Source: Scenedesmus sp. PABB004 (Eukaryota). Taken from it: DNA of 64,000 nt. Positions 13,101-24,431 of the stretch are shown piece after piece; the first letter of the stretch is position 1, and every line of letters starts with the position of its first letter. A program made the translations under genes and the position numbers. The stretch is from positions 124,001-188,000 of the forward strand of contig JABVCE010000038.1 in NCBI GenBank assembly GCA_014905635.1. The letters run 5' to 3'. Below the pieces are notes generated by a model that was not told where the DNA came from, ran no database searches, and worked only from the letters and a program-made list of their open reading frames with translations.

Positions 13101-16100
13101 CGGCCGCGCCGAGCACGAGCGCCGTGCCCTCGATCAGCTGCGCGGCGGGCGGCGCGTCCGCGTCGGCGGCGGCGGGCACGTGAGCGCGGCGGGCGGCGCG
13201 CGCCGCAACAAGGTGCTGGTGCGCGGCGCGCAGGCCGGGCCGGCGGCGCAGCGCCGCCCGCGCCTGGTAGGTGGTGGACGTGAACATCGAGCGCAGCGTG
13301 AGCGAGTCGCCGGACGTGCGCGCCATGAGCTCGCCCGCGGGCAGCCTGCCCGACGCACGCAGCGGCGGCGGCGGCGGCGGAGGGTCAGCCGGGCAGCTCG
13401 CCCGAGCCCGCGGGCGGCTCTGCCGGCGCGGGCGCCGCCGCCCTGCGGGGCGAGCGCGGCGCGGCGGGACACCGCGCCGGCGGCGCGCACCGCGTGAAGA
13501 AAGTGAGCTCTTGGCCCAGGATGTGGTCGAAGAAGCTAGCGAAGAGCTGCCGCATCGTGCGCCGCGCAAAGACCTCGAGCGTGATGCGCCCCCTGCGCGG
13601 GCCCAGGGCCCAGGGCGGGCCCAGGGTTTAGGGTGCGGCGGAGCGGCTGTGCATCAGCGGCCCTGCCCTCGGGGCACGGGCCGGGCCTCGCAAAGCGCGC
13701 GCCGCGCCGCGCCGCGCCGCGCCGCGCCACCCGTGCGCACCCGAGCGAGAGCAGCACGTCGGCGGCGGTCAGCGCGATCGCGAGCCCCAGGTTCCAGCGG
13801 AACACGCTGAGCTCCAGGGCATTGAAAGCGTCAAAGATGGCCCCCTCCACGCGGGGCACGGCGAGGCGGAAGACCAGCCCCAGCAGCAGCAGGCCGTACG
13901 CGCCCGCGAGCAGCGGCAGGTTGAGCAGCCCCACGCCGAGCGCAAAGTGCAGCAGGCGCGAGATCGGCGGGCGCTGGCGGCTCGGGCGCTCGTCGTCGTG
14001 GATGAGCTCCGTGTACTCGCGCTCCGCGTCCTGCGAGGAAGACGGGGAGGCGGGGAGGCGGGAGCGTGCATTTGAATCGCGCGCCGACAGCTGCGCGCGC
14101 ACGCGCCGCGCGGGGGGCTCGTCCGTGGCTGGGCGGCGCCGGCGGGCGGGCGCGTGCGCTGTGCCGCACCTGCGCCGGGCCGCTGGAGGCGTCCAGGACC
14201 TGGTAAAAGGTGCCCAGGCTGCTGTCCGCGGGCTCCGTCCAGCGCCCGACCGCGCTGTGGCGCAGCCACATGCTGTCGTCCGCGGGGCTCACGCCCGTGG
14301 CGCCGGGGCTGTCGACGGCGTCGGGGAGCGGGAACGCCGCGACGTCGCCGCCGCGCCGCGGGGGCGCCTTTGCGCCGGCCGCCGCGGCAGAGCTGCCGGC
14401 GCGCGCGGCCGCCGCCGCCGGCGCCTTGGCGGGCGAGGGGCTGGCCGAGCGGCTCGCGGGGCCGCCCGCGTCGGGCGTGGCAGCGCCGCTGCCCACGGCG
14501 CCGCGGAACGCCTTGTTGCTGCGCTCGGAGGCGAGGCGCTTGAGGCTGCCCAGAGTGTCCAGGTAGCGCCGCCGGCCCTGCGTGACAGGCGGTGCCAAGT
14601 TGAGCTGAGCGGCGGGCGGCGGACGGGCCCGCGGCCGCACAGCGGGAGGCGCCACCGGGGCGGCCCGGCGCGGCTCGCGCGCCGCCCCCTGCGCGACCGG
14701 CGAGCGCCCGCGCCGCCGCGCCTGCGCCGCGCCAGCGTCCGCCGCCTCGTCCGTCGGGGCCTCGGCGCTGAGCATGCGGCTGAGCTCGGGGCTGCTGCTG
14801 ACCCACGGCTCCGCGGGGTTGGTGCCGGAGGGCTTGGGGAAGCTCCGCCGCGCGATGCTCAGCAGCGCGTCCGACCCCGCGCCCGTCACGCTGCGCTGCG
14901 TGACCCACACGCGCTTGCCCGGCGGCGCCTCGCCGGTGAAGCTCGCGCTGAGCGCGTCCAGCGCGCCGCCGGTCTCCGCGTTCAGCCGCCCCGCCAGGTC
15001 AAACGTCGCGCCGGAGGCCATGAACTCCTCGAGCTCCTGCGGCGCGCGTGCGGCGCGTGTGGGTTATACGGGCGGCGCAGAGAGACTGCCCGCCTGCCCC
15101 GCGCGCGCACGGGCGCCGCCCCCTTGCAGGACGGCGGCCTCCACACGCGCCCGCGCCGTGCCCGCTGGGCCGGGCCCGGCCCCGCCGAGCCCCTCTGAGG
15201 CCCCGCAGCCCCAGCCCCGCGCGCCTGGGGCATGTGCAGGAGGCCCAGGTCGGCCACGCCCTCATCAGCCGGCATGTACCCGGTGCGGCGGCCGCGCATC
15301 TCGTTGGCAATCAGCTTGGACGCGACCTGCGCGTTTGTGCGTGTGTTTGAGTGTGCGTGTGTTTGTTTGAGTGTGCGTGTGTTTGAGTGTGCGTGTGTGT
15401 GGAGAGGGGTTTCGTGAGTGGGACGGAGGCGAGCCGGGAGCTGGCGCGGCGGCGGGCGTTGAGCCGCTGCAGCGCCGCCGACCCCCCCCTCCCCCCCACA
15501 CACCCCGGGACTCGCCCACCTGCGCCTTCTTGCCGTCCACCCAGCGCTCCACGCCCTCGGTGTCAAGCTCCCCCAGCGTCAGCCGCCCGCCGCCGGCCTG
15601 CACGATTGTGGAGTTGACCTCCTGCGCGCCGCCCGCGTCGCGGCGGCGGCGGCGGCAGGCGGTTGAGCCCCCCGGGGGCGCGCGGCGCGGGCTCGGGGGC
15701 CGGGGCTGAGAGGTCAGCCGCGCGGCCACACCGCGGGCGCACGGAGCGCGCCGCGCCAGCCCGCCAGCGCTTGCCGCGCCGCGCGCGCCTGGAGGAGCAG
15801 GCCCCAGAGCAGGTTGACGCCGCCCGCGCGCAGCACGTCGCGGCGCGCGAGGAAGCCGACGTCGACGAGGTGGTCCACCGCGGCCTGCAGCTTCACCGCG
15901 TCGTCGTGGAACGCGCGCAGCACCTGCGCGCGCGGGGGCGTGGAGCGTGTGCGTGGTTTCGTGCCTGCGTGTGCGTGTTTGCGCGCGCGCGGACGGCCAC
16001 AGGCGGCGCGCGCGGGCGCGGGGCGCGCCCAGCAGCCTGGCTGCCCGAGTTTCAACGAGTGTTGACACTCGTCATAACACGCGGTTCAAGCCGCGTCTCA

Positions 16101-19100
16101 ACCCTGCCAGGGTTTAGGCAAACCTTGAAGAGCTGGATCTTGTTGAGCTTCTCCCGCCGGTAGTGCGCCCAGGTGCCCGCGTCAAACGCGTAGTCGCGGC
16201 CGTGGCCCTTCATGTAGCGCACGAGGCACCTGGTGGTCAGGGGTTTGAGAGTTGCCAGCCGCCGCGGCGGCGGCGGCGGCGCGTTGTGATTGTGAGATTG
16301 GAGTGCGCAGCCGGCTGCTTACGACCCCCAAACGCGCGCTCGTTGCAGCGGCAGCCAGCGGCGGCAGGTGCCGCGCGAGGGCCCTGCCGCCGGCGGCAGC
16401 GGGGCTTGGGGCCTGGGCGAGCCGCGGCTTAGGTCTTAAGGCCTGAACCCTCCACCCCGCGCACGCGCCTGCAGAGCTGCCCGGGCGAGACGTAGGGCGT
16501 GCCGTTCTCCTCGACCGCCCAGTTGAGGTTGTACTCGCTCTTGAGCGCGTGAACGCACGGACGGATCTGAGGGCACCGATGCGGCGGCGGCGGCGGCGGC
16601 GGCGCGCGGCAGAGGCTCGGGCGGCGGCACGGGCGGCGGCGCGCGCCGCGGTCGAGCGCGGGAGGGGAGGAGAGGAGGAGGGGGAGGAGGAGCGCCCCGG
16701 CGCGCGCTGTGTCGGGCGTCCCCGCCCGGCGCGCGCCGCACCAGCTGGAGCTGCACGTCGCGCAGCGCGTCGCGCGTGTAGTAGAAGACCGCGCGCCCGG
16801 GGGCCTGCTTGAGGATGAGCACCTCGTTCTGGGTGACGTCGCGCGACACAAAGTACTCGCGCAGCCACTCCTGCGGGTTTAGGGTTCAGGGTGTTGCGCG
16901 GGCGGGGTTTTGTGCAGGCGCCGGGTCGGGGTTTAGCAACGGGTCTCAGCAAAGGGGGTGCTGGCGGCGCGGGCGCGGGGTGGGGGCCGGGGCGCGCGCC
17001 CGCCGCGCACGCGGGCGAGCGCGCGAGCGCACGGCGCACGAGCGCGCACAGAGCACAAACGCACACAGCGCGCCGCAGCGCCGCCGCAGCCGCCGCCGCG
17101 CGCCGGCGCCGCGCCTTGCTCATGACCTCCACGTCCTTGGCCTCCAGCACGAGGCCGCCGAGGCGCATGCCGGTCACGAGCTCGCGCGCCGCGCGGCGGT
17201 CGGCGGAGGTGTAGTGTTCAATAAACACGAGCACGTCGACGTCGAACGACCCCGCGGGCTCGGGCGTGCCATAGAGCTCCTTGAGTAGCTTGCGCGCGAT
17301 GCCGCCCTTGATGCCCATGCCTGCGGACGCGGGCGTTTGGTGTTAGTTTAGGTGTTAGCTTGGCGTTGGTTTGGCGTTGGCTCTTGACATTTCGTTCACG
17401 TGCCGTTGACGGTTGATGTTTGTGTCTGTCACGTGCTGGCGCAGCGGCGGCGGCAGCGGCGGCGGCGGCGGCGCGCGGCGGCGGCGCCGCGTGCGTGCGC
17501 GGCCGCAGGTTGCTAGGTGCTGCGCACCCACGGGCAGGTCGTCCACAAACTCGGCGATGTACGGCGCCTTGGCCCACAGCGCCTCGGGGTCGAGCTCCTC
17601 GCACAGCACCTGGCGGCGACGCGGGTCCCAGGCGGCCGAGCGCGCGGCGGCGCGGCGTCGGCGCGCGGCGGCGCGCCGTTCCCGGAGCGCGACGGCGGGC
17701 GCAGCGCGGCGGGCGCAGCGCGGCGCGGCGCGGCGCGCCGCGCACCCGCACGGGCGTGTGCACCAGGTTGTAGTGCACCAGCTGGACCTGCAGGGGCAGC
17801 ACGACGGCAAGGCGGCTCGGCTCCAGCCACACCGAGCGCCCGGGCGCGTCCGCGCGTACGGCGGCCGCGGCGGCGGCACCCGCGCGCGCCAGCGCCGCGC
17901 CTGGCGGGGCACGAAGACCGCGGGCAGGCGGCCCGCCGCCGAGAGCAGGTAATACCCAGCGCCGAGCGCGGCGAGCACCACCGCGACGGCGCCGGCGACG
18001 ATGCCGAGCACGCTCCAGGGGAAGCCCAGGGCTGGGCGGCGGGCGCGGGGCGACGGGCGCGCGGGCGGGCGCGGGCACGCGTGCGGGTGTGGCGCCCGGC
18101 TGCCGGCGGCCGGCGCGCGGTGCGCGGTGCGCGGCGCTGGGGGCCGGCGCGCCCCCCGCCGCCGCCACCGTGCGCCTCCCTCCCCCTTGCGCCGCCGCCG
18201 GCCGCCGCACCCGCGTCGGCGTCGCTGAACTCTGGCAGAAACACGGGCGTCGCGGGGTCGGCGCCGCAAGTGTCCAGCTTGATGTCGGGCTCGATCCACT
18301 TAGCGTAAGCGCTGCGGCGCGGGCGGGCGGGCGGGCGCGTTTGCGGCGCGGGCGGGCGGGCGCGCTTGCGGCGCAGCGCCGTGATCATCGGCGGCGGCGA
18401 CGGGGAGGCCGGTCGGGCCGCGCCTCGCCGTGAGGCTCTCTAAATTCTCGAGAGCCCCGGGGGTCCCGCCCCCTCTCACCTGCAGTCGTAGGGCTCGTAC
18501 GATTTGCCCAGGCAGAGGCGCACCTCCTGCAGCACCAGGCTGCCCGGCTGCGGCCCGGGGGTACACTTGAGGCCGATGTGGGCGTTGAAGCTGCCACCGA
18601 AGACCGCCGTCAGCGCCGACTGGATCTGAGGGGCAGCGCATGCAGGGCACGGGGGCGGGCAGGCGGGTCGGCGGCGCAGGGCTGGGGGCGCGGCCGCGAG
18701 CAGGCGGCGGCGGCGCGCCCACGGGCCCCCGCCGCCCCCGCCGCCGCCGCCGCACCGCGCCGAGCGTGAGGGGCTTGGTGCTGGAGGGCTGCAGCCCAAA
18801 CGCGCGGAACACGGCCGCGGGGTCTGCGGCCGCCGCGAGGACGGCGGCGCGCGTCAGCCGCGCGCTCACGGCGGGGCGGCTGCGTCTGCGCGTGACAGTC
18901 AGTTTCTGTGTCATTTGTGTTATGTCCCGTGTTAGATGACGCACCCGTGAGCGCGCTGGCATGAAAGACAGTCATGAAGTAGCCGAGCTGGTCCATGTCG
19001 GTGCACGTGCCGTGGCGCAGCCACTCGTGCGCCCAGAACGTCGAGTCGTCTGCGGCGGCCGCGCGCGGCCGCGCGCGGAGCCGTCCGTGAGCGCCCACGC

Positions 19101-19894
19101 CGCGGCCGCGCAGGCCGCGGCGCGCCGGGGACGCGGGCCGGGCGGGCGGCGCCGCACCGCCGGCGTCGAGGCGGAAGTCTCCGGAGCGGAGGTAGAACCG
19201 CAGCGCGGGCTCAAACCCTGACAGCGCGGCCGGCTCAAACGCGGCCTTGGAGCAGTACTCGAGAATCTTTACGTCGTGGCTGCGGCGTCGACACGCAAGC
19301 AGTAACACACGGGGCAGGGCGGGGCGTCGGCGGCGAGCAAGGGCGTGGTTCGCGCGGGCGCCGTGCGGCGAGTCAGGGCGACGGCGGGAGTGACGACGCC
19401 GTCGCAGCGCCGAGTGCGAGCGCCGGCGCGCGAGGCTGCGTCGCGCAGCTGGCCGTGCGCGCCGCGCGGGCTTGGCTGCCGTGCGTGTCGCGTGCCGCCG
19501 CCGCCGCCGCCGCCGCTGCGCACCTGACGGGCCAGAGCCCGTGCGTCCAGAAGCCCGCGTGCGCGAGGTGGCGGATGATCACGTGCCGCGCGCGGCTGTG
19601 CGCGACGGGGGAGACCACGCTGGGCGGCCAGAACATCGCGAGCAGCCAAAAGTCAAAGGGCTGGCCCTCCCCGCGCACCGCCGGGGGGCCGGGCTGCGGC
19701 GCGCCGGCCGCGCGCGCGACCGCCGGGCCCGGCGCCGCCGCCGCCGCGAGCGGCGCCGGCGGCAGCTGGCGGTCGTAGTCGTCCGGGAGTCCTACGTAGC
19801 CGCCCAGCGGCTGGGGCGGCCAGGCCAGGCCCGCCCGCGCCGCCGGCAGCAGCAGCAGCAGCGCCGTCGCTGCCGCGAGCCCGCGCGGCGCCAT
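10140..19894 (-). CDS. Multidomain membrane protein: signal peptide + RNase T2 + TM + class II nucleotidyltransferase-like domain + ABCB-type transporter half (TMD + degenerate NBD), ~1660 aa
   Basis: Exons traced by hand (5'->3' on minus): 19894-19524, 19279-19158, 19049-18945, 18823-18756, 18625-18480, 18311-18211, 18031-17901, 17787-17746, 17609-17528, 17320-17115, 16870-16742, 16566-16469, 16229-16124, 15923-15789, 15621-15520, 15326-15225, 15036-14722, 14604-14170, 14030-13741, 13592-13491, 13345-13264, 13137-12996, 12876-12717, 12501-12374, 12237-12177, 12020-11906, 11762-11607, 11491-11326, 11191-10816, 10644-10533, 10436-10140. All junctions are GT-AG or GC-AG, phases are consistent, the total is 4983 nt and there is no internal stop. 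Motifs: FWTHGLWP and FWAHEWLRHGTC (RNase T2); GGIARK..FDVDV and RDVTQN (NTase); ILGQELTFF, GELMART.GD, GPPGGGKSS and LPEGYRTLVG (ABC). Confidence 0.8.
12025..12105. repeat. Intronic tandem repeat, 16-nt unit (GCGGCGGGCGGTTCAG) x5
   Basis: TTCAG recurs at 12036, 12052, 12068, 12084 and 12100 (period 16). The array lies in the intron just upstream of the acceptor at 12021-12022 (minus strand). Confidence 0.9.
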
Positions 19895-20322
19895 CCGGGC
19901 GCCGGGATCGCTGGCCGTCCGGCTAGGCAGCTGTGGCTGCGCGCTGCATCCGGGTGCGCGGGCGCCGGCTGATCGGGCGGGCACGTGGGCGGGGGCGGTG
20001 GCGGGGTGACCGGGGTGCTGCTGCCGCGCGCGGGCGGGGGGCGATAATCGCGCCTGGCGCTATCCGAGAGTGCTGTGTGCGCCCGCACGGCGGGCGGAGC
20101 GCGCTGCGGGCGGCCAGGGCTTTTCGCTGTCGAGGCGCAAAGTCGAGGTCCCAGCGCGAGCCTCACCGCGCGGCCGGAAGCTGCCCCCGCTCGCTGAACG
20201 CCTCGCGGGCGATGCGCGCGACCAGCTCACGGCGCGTAATTGGTTACGCGCCGACGTCACCGAGCCGCCGCTGCTGCAGCGCCGCGTGGCCGTCCCAGAC
20301 GCCTTTCTTCTTCGTGCGCCGG

Positions 20323-23062
20323 TCAGTCGTCGAATCGGTAGCCCATGCTGCTCAGAGCCGTCTGCGCCGCGCCCTGCCACACGACCGCCTGCGGGGGCGC
20401 CGGCGGGCGGCCGTCGGCGCACGGTGCACGTGCGAGGCCTGGCGGCCTTGCGCCGGCGTGGCCTCGCCAAGCTGCGCTGCGCGCCCACCTGGGTGAACTC
20501 CTCCTCGCCCATGCCCACGCGCATCGGCAGCTTGCCGCGCCGGAACACCACCACGCCTTGCGGCATCGACGCGCCCAGCGCGGCCGCGTCGCCGCCGGCC
20601 GCGGCGAGCTGGCGCTCGTAGCTCGCGCTGCGCGGCGGCGGGCGCACGCGCGCGGCGGCGGTGAGCGCGCGGCCGCCGCCACGCGCGCGGCGGCGCTGCA
20701 GCCGCGCGCGCCGCCGCGGCCTCACCGTATCTCCGACTCGATGACGGCGCTCTGCATCGCGCCCATGCTCAGCCCGCCCGGGTCCATGCCGGGCCAGCGC
20801 GCCATCATCGCGAGGCAGGCCATGCAGTCGTGCCGGTCCTCAAACGTGACCACGCGCACGTCGCGCGCGCCGGGCGTGAGCGAGAGGTCGACCTGCAGGA
20901 AGCCAACGCTGCCGTCGGGCTGCCTGCGCGGCGGGCGCAGCGTCGCGGCGGCGGCGCGGCGGCGGCGTCACGGCACGTCGCGGCGCACGCGAGCAGGGCC
21001 AGCGCGCGCGCGCGCGCGCGGCGCGGCGGCGGCGCCTCCGCCCCGCCCTCACCGCACGCTGGGCAGGTACAGCGCCTGGTAGCGCTCGCGCCACCACGCC
21101 GCCGCCTGCCCGCCGGCGGGCCCCGCGCCGCGCTCGGCGCCGTCGCCGTGTTCGCCGCCCTCGCCGCCCTCGCCGCCCATGGCCATCGCCGCGGCGCGCA
21201 TCGCCTCCTTAACGATGGCCTGCCGCTCCTCCGGCGCGCGCTGCGCCTTCTTGGGCCGCGGCACGCCCAGCTTGCGGCTGAGGATCGTCGCGCCGTCGTC
21301 GGTGACCGTCGGCCCGCCCGGCTCCGGCTCCTCCTCCTCGCGCGCGCGCTGCGCCGCGCGCGGCGGCGGCGGCGCCGCTGCGGCGGCGGCGCTGGGCGCG
21401 CCGCCGCCGGCACGCGGCGGCGCGGCCGGCGGCGGCCGCACAGCGTCGCTCAGCAGCGAGGTGTTTGCGTCCTTGATGCGCCGGTTTGCGCCCCACGCGC
21501 CCCAGGGCCGGCCGCCACTGCCGCCGCTGCTGCTGCTGCTGCCGCTGCTGCCGCTGCTGCTGCTAGGTGCCCCAGCTGCAGGTGCTGCGCCGCCGCCACC
21601 GCCGCTGCTGCTGCTGCTGCCGCTGCCGCTGCCGCCGCCGCTACTGATGGGCGCCACCTCCGCCAGGACCACTGGCGGCGACCAGCCCAGGCCGCCCGTG
21701 GCCGCCTGCGCGCTCGCAGCTGGCGCGGCCGCCGCCGGCGCCCCCGGCGCCTTCGGCCCGCCGCCCCCCGCGCGCTGCAGCTGCTCCTGCACGCTTGCGA
21801 TGCCCTGCAGCAGCTCCTGCAACTGCCCGCCCTCCGCGCCGCCAGCCGCCTGCTGCTGCTGCAACAGCGCGTCCGCCTGCGCCTGCAGCGCCGCCAGCTG
21901 CGACTGCATGCCCGCCAGCGTGCTCGCCGGCGGCGGCGGCGTCGCGCCGCCGGGGCGGCGCCGCCCGCTGCCGCTGCGACCGCCGGCCGGGGCCCCGCCG
22001 CCGCCGCCGGCGCCGGCGACGCCGCCAGCCTGCGCCGCCTTGCCGCCGGCCTGCGCCGCCTTGCCGCCAGCGAAGAACTTTGCCGCGACGGCGTCGGCCA
22101 GCACCTCGCCGTCCAGCTCGATGCCGCCCGCCGCGGCGGCGGCCGCGAGCGCGGTCGGCGACGGCGCGGCGGCGCCGGGCTCGCCCGTGATGCGCGCGTA
22201 CGCCGCCTCCAGCCCCGGCGCGTCCAGCGCCGGCGTGCGGCGCTTCGCCTCGTAGTACTGCGCCAGCTCGTCCGCTGGGCTGGCCGCGCCGCCGTCCGCG
22301 TCGGGCGCGAGCGGCTCGGCGGCTGCGCCGTCCGCGGCGGTGGGCGCGAGCAGCTCTGCGTCCGCGGCCGCGCCGTCTGCGGCGGTGGGCGCGAGCGGCT
22401 CGGCGGCCGCGGTGGGAGCGGCAGGCTCGAGGCCAGCCGCTGCTGACTCGTCCGCCGCCGGCTCGTCCGCCGCCGGCTTCTCTGCGCCACTCGCGCCGTC
22501 CGTGGCGCCCGGCGCCGGCTGCGGCGGCCGCACCGGCAGCGCTGCCGCGCCGGCGGCCAGCACGTCCTGCAGCGCGCTCGCCGCCGACGCGCCCACCGCC
22601 TGCGCGGCCAGCCGGTCTGCCGCTTCGCCGCTGCCAAAGTCAAACAGCGGCAGCTCGGTCGTCACCGGTGTGAAGCCGCCGCCGGCGGCGGCCTCACTGC
22701 TGCTCGCTGCCCCCTGCTGCTCCTGCTGCTGCTGCGCCTGCGCCTGCGCCTGCTGCGCCGCGCCTGCAGCCGCCGCCGCGGCGCCGAGCTGCGCCGCCAG
22801 CAGCGCCTCGAGCGCCGGCCCGGTGGTCGCGGCGCCGCGGTCGAGCCGCCCCCGCGGGAGCACCTCCAGCGCGACGCCCTGCACTGAGGCGAGGTCCTCG
22901 ACATACCACGGCTTGCCGCTCGCCACCGTGCCGCGGAAGAGCCCCGCCGCCTCGTCGCCCGGCCGGCCGGCGGCGGCTGCCGCGGCCGCAAAGCTCGCGG
23001 CGAGCACGCCGCACGCGTGCTCCGCGTCGCCCCGCGACTCGAACGCCACGAGCGTGAGCCGC

Positions 23063-23128
<66 letters not shown>

Positions 23129-24153
23129 TGCTGCTGCTGCTGCTGGCCGGGCAGCGGTACGCGCGGGTGCAGGCCGCCCTGCGCACCAAAGTGCAGGTAG
23201 TGCACCTCGGCCAGCGCCTGCCACCAGCCGGGCGGCAGCACCTGCTGCTCGCCCCGCGGCTGCTCCACCGCCTGCTGCTGCGCCACGGCGCCCTGCCGCG
23301 CCGGCCGCGGCCCGGCCGCGCCGCCGCCGCGCAGCGCGCCGCCCGCCGCCGCCGCCAGCTCGCCGGCGCGGGCCCGCAGCAGGCCGGCAGCGCCCAGCGC
23401 TCGCTGCACCAGCCGCTGCGGGTCCAGCGCTTCCTGCTGTGGCTGCTGCTGCTGCTGCGGCTGCTGCGGCTGCTGCTGCTCTGGCTGTGCCAGAGCGGCG
23501 CCCGCCCGCTGCCGCTGCAGCCAGGCCGCCCGCGCGGCCACAGCGCCGACCACCAGCAGCGCCGCCGGCGCCGCGACCGAGAGCGCGCCGGCGCCGTGCT
23601 GCTGCGGCGCCTGCTGCTCCCGCTGCTGCAGCAGCCCCTGCCGCATCCGGAGCAGCGTGTCAGGCTGCAGCTGCGCCGCGGCCGCCGCCGCCGCCTCTGG
23701 CGCCGCGCCGGCTGGCTCGGCCGCCTCCGTCTCCGGCTGCTTGGGGCCGCGCCGCAGCCGGCCCAGCCAGGAGGAGCGCCTGCTGGCGCCGGCGCTGGCG
23801 GGCTGCTCGCCGGCCTCGGTCGACGGCGCGGTGCCCGCCGCGCTGGCCGCCCAGGGGACGGGCGCCGCCGACGCGACCGGCACCGCGAGGTGCGCCGTCG
23901 GCGCCGCCGCCGCTCGCAGGCCCAGCCCCCGCGCTGGGACCGCATGAATGCGGGGGCCAGCAGCCTGGTGGGGGAGGGGGAGGGGCGGCGGGGCGGTGGG
24001 CGGAGCAGCGGCAGCAGCAGCGGCGGCTGCGCCTGCGGCTGCGCGCATGGGCTCGCTGCCAGCGCCTCTGCGTGGCGTCGAGCTCGCGCCGCTCACCAGC
24101 GTGCGGCGGGGCGCGCGGCCGCCGACTCCGCGGCTGGCCGGCGCGCGGAGCAT
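20323..24153 (-). CDS. Large, probably plastid-targeted low-complexity protein with two copies of an EMB1703-like C-terminal domain
   Basis: Long first exon 24153-21053, then exons 20923-20726, 20627-20489 and 20388-20323 (phase-consistent). The N-terminus is Arg/Ser/Ala-rich like a transit peptide. The domain WWRERYQALYL..VGFLQVDL...VVTFEDRHDC...GVVVFRRGKL resembles my recollection of the Arabidopsis EMB1703 C-terminus; this was not searched. Confidence 0.6.
23065..23144 (-). repeat. (CAG)n coding microsatellite giving a ~27-residue polyglutamine tract
   Basis: A run of CTG on the plus strand with one interruption, translated as GQQQQQQEQQQ...QQP in ORF 21049..24153. Confidence 0.95.
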
Positions 24154-24431
24154 CGCGCCGGCACGGCGCGCGCCCTGTGGCGCTTTGAGGGGCGTGCGCG
24201 GTCGCGGGTGGACTCGGGGATCACGGGCTGCCGATGAACGTCGATCAGCGCCCGCAAGCGCGCTGCCGCCGCCGCTACCGCCGCTCGCCGCCGCTCGCCG
24301 CCGCTCGCCGCCGGCGCTGCGCGGTCGTGAGGCCGGGCCAGTGGTGGCCGTGGGGCGGATGGGGTGTCGGGCCGGAGCACGCAGGTTTCAGCACCGGCGC
24401 GCGCAAAGCCCCGCCGCCGCGGCTGCCGCGC

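Noticed and set aside
10140..19894. Reading this region as three separate genes (RNase T2, NTase-like, ABC transporter)
   Set aside because: No spliced-frame stop, UTR-sized gap or poly(A) signal lies between the domains. All gaps are intron-sized, with proper splice sites in matching phase. Disfavoured, though not excluded without transcripts.
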